From Sandaracinaceae bacterium (lineage in GTDB: Bacteria; Myxococcota_A; Polyangia; Polyangiales; Sandaracinaceae): a DNA stretch of 33,570 bases. Shown here one piece after another: positions 28,260-33,570 of this stretch. The notes beneath the pieces were generated by a model, which was not told the origin of the DNA, made no database searches, and saw only the letters and a program-made list of their open reading frames with translations. Every line of letters begins with the position of its first letter. Positions within the stretch are counted from its first letter, which is position 1. The position numbers were made by a program, and so were the translations under genes. Location: assembly GCA_044220955.1 (NCBI GenBank), contig JBGAQA010000077.1, positions 1 to 33,570 on the forward strand, written 5' to 3'.

Positions 28260-30491
28260 GTGGCTGAACGCGCAACGGCGGGGTCCCCGTCCGCAACTCC
28301 GACGAGTCCCGCCGACGCGCCCGATCCCAGCCCCGCCGGCGCCTTCGTCTCGGTGGGCGTGAAGCTCACGCTGGCGACCGTGCTGGTCGTCGCCGCGGTG
28401 ACCGCGCTCACGTACGTGGCGCTGACGCGCTTCGAGCGCGACAACCTGCTGCGCGCCAAGGAGACGGCGGCGCACATGATCGTCGAGCTCTTCGCCGACG
28501 CCGTCAGCGCGCCGGTCGTCTTCGAGGACGCGACCGGGATCACCGATACGCTCGCCTACCTCGGGCACAACCAGGACGTGACGTCGGCGTACGTGTGGCG
28601 CGGCGAGGCGTCGTCCCCCGAGATCCTCGGCCGGTACGAGCGCAGCCCGCGCGAGGCGCCCGCGCTGCGCGGCGAGGGCACCTGGCGCTCGGACACGGAG
28701 CTCTGGGTGACGCTCCCCATCCACGATCCGGCCGGCACCGAGGTCGCGATCGCGACGGTGGCCTTCTCGCTCGCGCCGGAGAACGAGGCGTTCGCGGCCC
28801 TCTCGACCCGCATCCTCTCGTCGGCGGCCGCGATCGCGGCGCTGCTGACGCTCGTGCTCGCGTGGATGTCGCGCCGCACGATCGTGACGCCGCTCGCCAG
28901 CCTCGTCTCGCTCGCTCGCGCGCTCGAAGAGGGCGGCGAGGCGAAGCCCGTCGTCCGCGCGAACGACGAGATCGGCCGCCTCGGCTCCGCGCTCTCGCGC
29001 ATGGCCTCCGCCGTCGCGTCGCGCGAGAAGGCCATCGCCACGAAGAACGCCGACATGCGGCGCGTCCTCGACAACGTCCGGCAGGGCTTCCTGATGCTCG
29101 ATCGCGGCGGGCGCCTGGTCGGGGAGCGCTCGGCGATGGTCGATGCGTGGCTCGAGGGGGCCGAGGCAGGCGCGACGTTCGCGTCGGTGCTCGGGCGCAT
29201 CGACCCGATCGTCGGCGACACCTTCGACCTCGGCTGGGAGTCGCTGATCGAGGGGGTGATGCCCACCGACCTCTGCCTCGACCAGCTTCCGTCCAAGTTC
29301 CAGAAGCGGGACCAGCACTTGCGCGTCGAGTACCGGCTCGTCGGCGACGAGGCGCACTTCGACGCGGTGATGGTCGTCATCTCGGACGTGACGAGCGAGA
29401 TCGAGCGCGCACAGGCGGAGGCCGAGCAGCGCGAGCTGATGGCGGCCGTCACGCGCTTCGTCGCCGACCGCAGCAGCTTCCTCGCGTTCGTCGCCGAGGG
29501 AAGCGCGCTCCGCGACCGCATCTGCGCGGACCCCGTCGAAGGCAAGACGCTCATGCGCGACGTCCACACGCTCAAGGGCATCTGCGCGATGAACGGCGCC
29601 GACCGTGTGGCGACGATCTGCCACGAGATCGAGAACGCCGCCGCGGAGCGCGGAGACGTCCCGACGTCTGTCGAGCGTGGGGTCATCGCGGACGCGTGGG
29701 ACGCGCTGGCCGACCGGATCGGTCCGCTGAGCTCGGTCAGCGAGGAGGGTCGCGTGGAGCTCACCGCTCGCGAGATCGACGACCTCGTGCGCGCCGTCGT
29801 GGAGCACGCGCCCTACGCCAAGCTCCTCTCGATGGTGGAGGGGTGGTCCGGCGAGCTGATCGAGCCGCGCCTGCGCCAGCTGGCCGACGAGGCCGCCCGG
29901 CTCGCGCGGCAGCTCGCCAAGCCGGCGCCGGAGGTGACGATCGACGCGGCGGGTCTACGCGCGCCGGACGCGTGGGCACCGTTCTGGTCGTCCCTCGTGC
30001 ACCTCGCGCGCAACGCGATCGATCACGGCATCGAGGCCGGTCCGGCGCGGGAGAAGGCTGGCAAGCCGGCGCGGGGCAAGCTGGGCTTCACGGCCACGCG
30101 AGGCGAGGCCGGGATCGTGATCGCCCTCTCGGACGACGGTGCGGGCATCGACTGGGACGCGCTGGCTGCGAAGGCCAAGGCCCGCGGGCTGCGTGCGGAC
30201 ACGAAGGAAGCGCTGGTCGACGCGCTCTTCACCGACGGCGTCAGTACGCGCGCGGAGGTCACCGAGGTCTCGGGCCGAGGCGTCGGGCTCGCGGCGCTGC
30301 GCGACACGGTGGTGTCGATGGGCGGCGAGCTGCGCGTCGAGAGCTCGCGGGGGAAGGGAACGCGCTTCGAGATCCGGCTGCCGTTCACCCCGCGGTCGCG
30401 CACCATGCGGCCTCCGCGCGCGTCGAGCGCGCCGCCCGGCACCGGCGGTACGCCGCTGCCCGGCAATCCCGCCGGCGTCAATCGGGCCTGA
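28260..30491 (+). CDS. Membrane CheA-like histidine kinase (TM-sensor-TM-HAMP-Hpt-HATPase, no CheW domain)
   Basis: Two TMs; HAMP NDEIGRL; Hpt RDVHTLKG; HLARNAIDHGIE, DDGAG, SGRGVGL, GKGTRF; start uncertain. Confidence 0.85.
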   Translation: MAERATAGSPSATPTSPADAPDPSPAGAFVSVGVKLTLATVLVVAAVTALTYVALTRFERDNLLRAKETAAHMIVELFADAVSAPVVFEDATGITDTLAYLGHNQDVTSAYVWRGEASSPEILGRYERSPREAPALRGEGTWRSDTELWVTLPIHDPAGTEVAIATVAFSLAPENEAFAALSTRILSSAAAIAALLTLVLAWMSRRTIVTPLASLVSLARALEEGGEAKPVVRANDEIGRLGSALSRMASAVASREKAIATKNADMRRVLDNVRQGFLMLDRGGRLVGERSAMVDAWLEGAEAGATFASVLGRIDPIVGDTFDLGWESLIEGVMPTDLCLDQLPSKFQKRDQHLRVEYRLVGDEAHFDAVMVVISDVTSEIERAQAEAEQRELMAAVTRFVADRSSFLAFVAEGSALRDRICADPVEGKTLMRDVHTLKGICAMNGADRVATICHEIENAAAERGDVPTSVERGVIADAWDALADRIGPLSSVSEEGRVELTAREIDDLVRAVVEHAPYAKLLSMVEGWSGELIEPRLRQLADEAARLARQLAKPAPEVTIDAAGLRAPDAWAPFWSSLVHLARNAIDHGIEAGPAREKAGKPARGKLGFTATRGEAGIVIALSDDGAGIDWDALAAKAKARGLRADTKEALVDALFTDGVSTRAEVTEVSGRGVGLAALRDTVVSMGGELRVESSRGKGTRFEIRLPFTPRSRTMRPPRASSAPPGTGGTPLPGNPAGVNRA

Positions 30492-31965
30492 CGGAGCCGT
30501 CGGACGCATCCGCGGCGCCGTGGCCCGCGGCCTGGGGCATGGCCGCCGATCTCGGCGACGCCATGACGACACGGTTCCGGCCCGACGTCTTCGCGGCGTA
30601 CATCGCGTGGTCTGCCCGCTCGATCAGGGCGTCGAGCCCGTCTCCGGGCTCCCACGTCGCCACGCCGAACGAGGCCGTCACGGGGATCTTCGCGCCCGCC
30701 TCCGAGGTGATCTCCAGCGCCTGGAGCGCGACGCGCATCCGCTCGGCCGCGACGCGGGCCGCCTCGCTCGTCGAGCCGGTGAGCCCGACCACGAACTCCT
30801 CGCCGCCCCAGCGGCCGACGATGTCGCTGCCGCGCGACTCCTTGACGAGCGCGGCGGCGACCCGCGCCAGCACGACGTCGCCGGCCGCGTGTCCGTGCCC
30901 GTCGTTGATGGACTTGAAGTGGTCGATGTCGAGCAGGAGCAGCGAGAGCGGCCAGCCGTGGCGCTCGCTCCGCGAGATCTCGGCCACGAGCGCCGCCGAG
31001 AACGCGCGCCGGTTGAGCAGCCGCGTCAGCGTGTCGGTCCGCGCGAGGCGCTGCGACTCCTCGACGAGCATGGCCATCTTGATCGGGCCGCCGAGCTCTC
31101 GCGCGACGATCTGCATCAGCGCGTCGTCGCCGGCCTCGAGGCCGCTCGACTCCGTGCTCTGACAGGGTCCGAGCGCGAGGTGCGCGATCACGGCGTTGCC
31201 GAAGGGGATGTCGCAGACGATGGGGCGCGTACCTCGCTCGTCCACGCTCGCGTCCTCGTCCTCCACCCGGTAGAGGGCGAGGTCGGCCGGGATCGCCAGC
31301 GCGGCGCGCGCCTCGGCCTCGGCCACGTCCCGGCGCTCGGGGTGCGCGTGCAGGCCGAAGCGCGCGGGGCTCGTGCCGGCCGCCGGTACGTGCAGCGCGA
31401 CCCAGCGGTACGTCGTCAGGCGCGTCAAGAGCTGCGTGAACAGATCGAAGAGTCGCTCGACCTCACCGCTCATCGAGAGCGCCCGCACCTCCGAGGCGAC
31501 GACCGACTCGAAGAGCGCCGAGTCGAGGTGCGACGCGATGCGGTCGCGGATGTCGAGGTGCGTCCCGCCCAGGTCGGTGAAGAACGCCGAGGGCTCCGGG
31601 GCGCGCGCGATGGCGTCGGAGACCGCGCGCACGAGGTCTCCCATCCGCCCCTTGGGGACGTAGGCCGTCGCGCCGGCGCGCTCGGCCCAGAAGCGGTTCC
31701 GGCTCGTGAGCGGCCCACGCAGGATGATGGGCACGTGCTCGGTCGCGGGCTCGGAGCGCAAGAGGCGGCAGAGCTGCACGCCGCTGATGCCCGGCATCCA
31801 CAGGTCGGCGACGACGACCGTCGGGGGCTCGGCGAGCGCGATGCGCGCGCCCTCGGCGGGGCTCGCCGCGACGTCGACGTCGTAGCCCTGCATGCGAAGG
31901 CGCGCCGCCAGCACGTCGCGGTTCGGCTCGTCGGCGTCGACCAGGATCACGCGAGAGGTGGCCAT
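30478..31965 (-). CDS. Response-regulator diguanylate cyclase (REC-linker-GGDEF)
   Basis: REC ADLWMPG; TDTLTRLLNRR, DIDHFKSIND, I-site RGSD, GGEEF. Confidence 0.92.
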   Translation of the reverse strand: MATSRVILVDADEPNRDVLAARLRMQGYDVDVAASPAEGARIALAEPPTVVVADLWMPGISGVQLCRLLRSEPATEHVPIILRGPLTSRNRFWAERAGATAYVPKGRMGDLVRAVSDAIARAPEPSAFFTDLGGTHLDIRDRIASHLDSALFESVVASEVRALSMSGEVERLFDLFTQLLTRLTTYRWVALHVPAAGTSPARFGLHAHPERRDVAEAEARAALAIPADLALYRVEDEDASVDERGTRPIVCDIPFGNAVIAHLALGPCQSTESSGLEAGDDALMQIVARELGGPIKMAMLVEESQRLARTDTLTRLLNRRAFSAALVAEISRSERHGWPLSLLLLDIDHFKSINDGHGHAAGDVVLARVAAALVKESRGSDIVGRWGGEEFVVGLTGSTSEAARVAAERMRVALQALEITSEAGAKIPVTASFGVATWEPGDGLDALIERADHAMYAAKTSGRNRVVMASPRSAAMPQAAGHGAADASDGSVRPD

Positions 31966-31978
31966 CGAGCTCCTGTGC

Positions 31979-32350
31979 TCAGCGCGCGAGCCGCTGGACG
32001 GCCGCGACCAGCTGCGGGACCTGGAAGGGCTTCACGATCCAGCCCGCGGCGCCGGCCGCCTTCGCGCGACGCATCAGCGCGGGCTGGCCTTCGGTCGTCA
32101 GCATCAGCACCGGCAGCGTCGCGGTGGCCGGCGAGCGCCGCACCTCCTCGAGCATCTCGATGCCGTTCATCAGGGGCATGTTCACGTCGGCGATGACCAG
32201 GCTCAGGGTCCGATCGCTCGCGATGAGATCCGCACCGGCGCGGCCGTCGTTGGCCTCGACCACCTCGAAGCCAGCGGCCGAGAGCGCCCGCGATACCTGA
32301 TCTCGCACCGTCGCCGAGTCGTCCACGACGAGGACCCGCTTGTCCGCCAT
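31979..32350 (-). CDS. cheY: Single-domain CheY-like response regulator
   Basis: VVDDS, ADVNMP, MLTT, WIVKPF. Confidence 0.88.
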   Translation of the reverse strand: MADKRVLVVDDSATVRDQVSRALSAAGFEVVEANDGRAGADLIASDRTLSLVIADVNMPLMNGIEMLEEVRRSPATATLPVLMLTTEGQPALMRRAKAAGAAGWIVKPFQVPQLVAAVQRLAR

Positions 32351-32369
32351 TGCCCGCTTCCTCCGATCA

Positions 32370-32864
32370 TCAGAAAAGGATCAGCTCGCCCTCGGACGGA
32401 ATGTCGAGCCCCTCGTCCGACGCGGGTCCGAGCACGAACTTCGCGTCCGCCAGGACGTCGAGCCAGACGCAGAGCGCGCCACCGGGCCCCTCGAACGGGT
32501 ACGCCCAGAGCTCTTTGCTCGCGCCGACGAGCTCGACGCGCAGGCCGCGCAGCACCATCGGGAGCGTGATCCCGATCGTCGCGCCGTGCCGCATGAGGCG
32601 GTTCTTGATGCGCCCGAGCAGCTGGTTGGACATCTCCGAGAGCCAGTCGTCCGGCTGCGGCTGCCCGAGCTTCTCGAGCAGTGCGTTGCTGAGCCCGAGG
32701 CCGAGCGCGCCTCGTAGCCCGCCGCCGCCGAAGCCGATGACCGCCACGCGATCGAGGCTCGGCGTCGTCGTCGAGGGCACGATGGCCATCCCCGTCGAGG
32801 CGAAGAGCTCGACGGTCGCGTTCGTCACGATGGAGTCGAACACCGCCTTCTCTCGGCCGTCCAC
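32370..32864 (-). CDS. cheX: CheX-like phosphatase
   Basis: VIGFGG..LRGAL, SEMSNQLLGR (ExxN), ITLPMVLRG; GTG start inferred. Confidence 0.78.
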   Translation of the reverse strand: MDGREKAVFDSIVTNATVELFASTGMAIVPSTTTPSLDRVAVIGFGGGGLRGALGLGLSNALLEKLGQPQPDDWLSEMSNQLLGRIKNRLMRHGATIGITLPMVLRGLRVELVGASKELWAYPFEGPGGALCVWLDVLADAKFVLGPASDEGLDIPSEGELILF

Positions 32865-32982
32865 GCGATCAGAGTACGGTGTCTCGCCCGCAATTGCGAC
32901 GCCGTGCAGCAGCACTGCACGAGCGTTCCCTGGCGCCCGTCGCTGTTGATGCGCTTCGCGAAAGCATGGACACTGGGCTGCG

Positions 32983-33570
32983 GTGCGTCGGACCACGCGG
33001 CAGTTCTCGGCGCTGTGCTTGAGCGCGCTGCTCCTCACCGGCTCACTCGCGCCGGCCGCAGCCGACGAGGTCTCGGTCCCGATCGAGCTCCAGGTCGCCC
33101 TCCTCGAGCGCATCGTTCGCGACGAGCGGACGTTCGCGGCCGAGACGACGCCGGTCCACGTGCTCGTGGTGAGCCGCGCGAGCTCGCCGGAGTCGCAGCG
33201 CGTGAGCGGGCAGCTCGTCGCGGGGCTGCGGCACGCGGGGACGCTCGGCGGCCGCACCGTCGAGGCGACGACGTCGAGCTACACGTCGGCGAGCGCCCTC
33301 GACGCCATCCGCATCACGCCCAATGTGTATTACATCCGCGGCGAAACCGGCGTGCCGTCGCCGGTCAACCGCGGCCATACCTCCAACGCCGGGTTTGTCG
33401 TCACCGCCGAGGGCGTCGTGAAGGTCCTCGACTTCGGGCTCGCGCGGTCGATCCGACCGACGACGTCGGAGGCGGTGAACCTGCCCGCCATGACCACGGA
33501 CAACTCCTTCGACATCTACCTCACGGACCCGGGCACCGTGATCGGAACGCCGGCTTATATGTCGCCGGAG
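32983..33570 (+). CDS. YfiR/DUF4154-like secreted protein N-terminus, continuing in frame into unrelated fragments; partial, runs off the window
   Basis: Own translation: MRRTTRQFSALCLSALLLTGSLAPAAADEVSVPIELQVALLERIVRDERTF..., then ITPNVYYIRG...SNAGFVVT, then VKVLDFGLAR...GTPAYMSPE; not in the ORF track because it has no stop. Confidence 0.55.
   Translation, partial: MRRTTRQFSALCLSALLLTGSLAPAAADEVSVPIELQVALLERIVRDERTFAAETTPVHVLVVSRASSPESQRVSGQLVAGLRHAGTLGGRTVEATTSSYTSASALDAIRITPNVYYIRGETGVPSPVNRGHTSNAGFVVTAEGVVKVLDFGLARSIRPTTSEAVNLPAMTTDNSFDIYLTDPGTVIGTPAYMSPE

Overview
High-GC window from a probable Myxococcota genome (MYXO-CTERM tail, TPR/PEGA and Cys-rich lipoproteins, Hanks kinase; taxonomy is inferred). 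Left to right: a lipoprotein, an aldose 1-epimerase, a GalE-like epimerase and a large FG-GAP/disintegrin-like surface protein. Next is a complete ISKra4-family (prokaryotic Mutator-like) element at 7542-9337 with 22-bp IRs and a 9-bp target duplication, which carries an in-frame 55-codon piece of a DegT aminotransferase gene just inside its left IR. Then come a CorA-like gene, secreted/lipoprotein genes, a His-rich DUF1517-like gene, a deoxyhypusine synthase-like gene, a coupled radical SAM + pseudo-radical SAM pair, a Ser/Thr kinase and a GH99-like lipoprotein. After a 26-unit hexamer array, convergent HEXXH and JmjC oxygenase genes flank an unexplained ~200-nt highly structured element. A CheA-like/GGDEF/CheY/CheX/YfiR-like signalling block follows, and the last ~270 bp look chimeric (probable misassembly). 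Best leads: the Pack-MULE-like cargo in the IS, the structured element at 26704-26904, and the orphan peptide/protein-modification enzyme set. All calls rest on motif recognition by eye; no searches were run.
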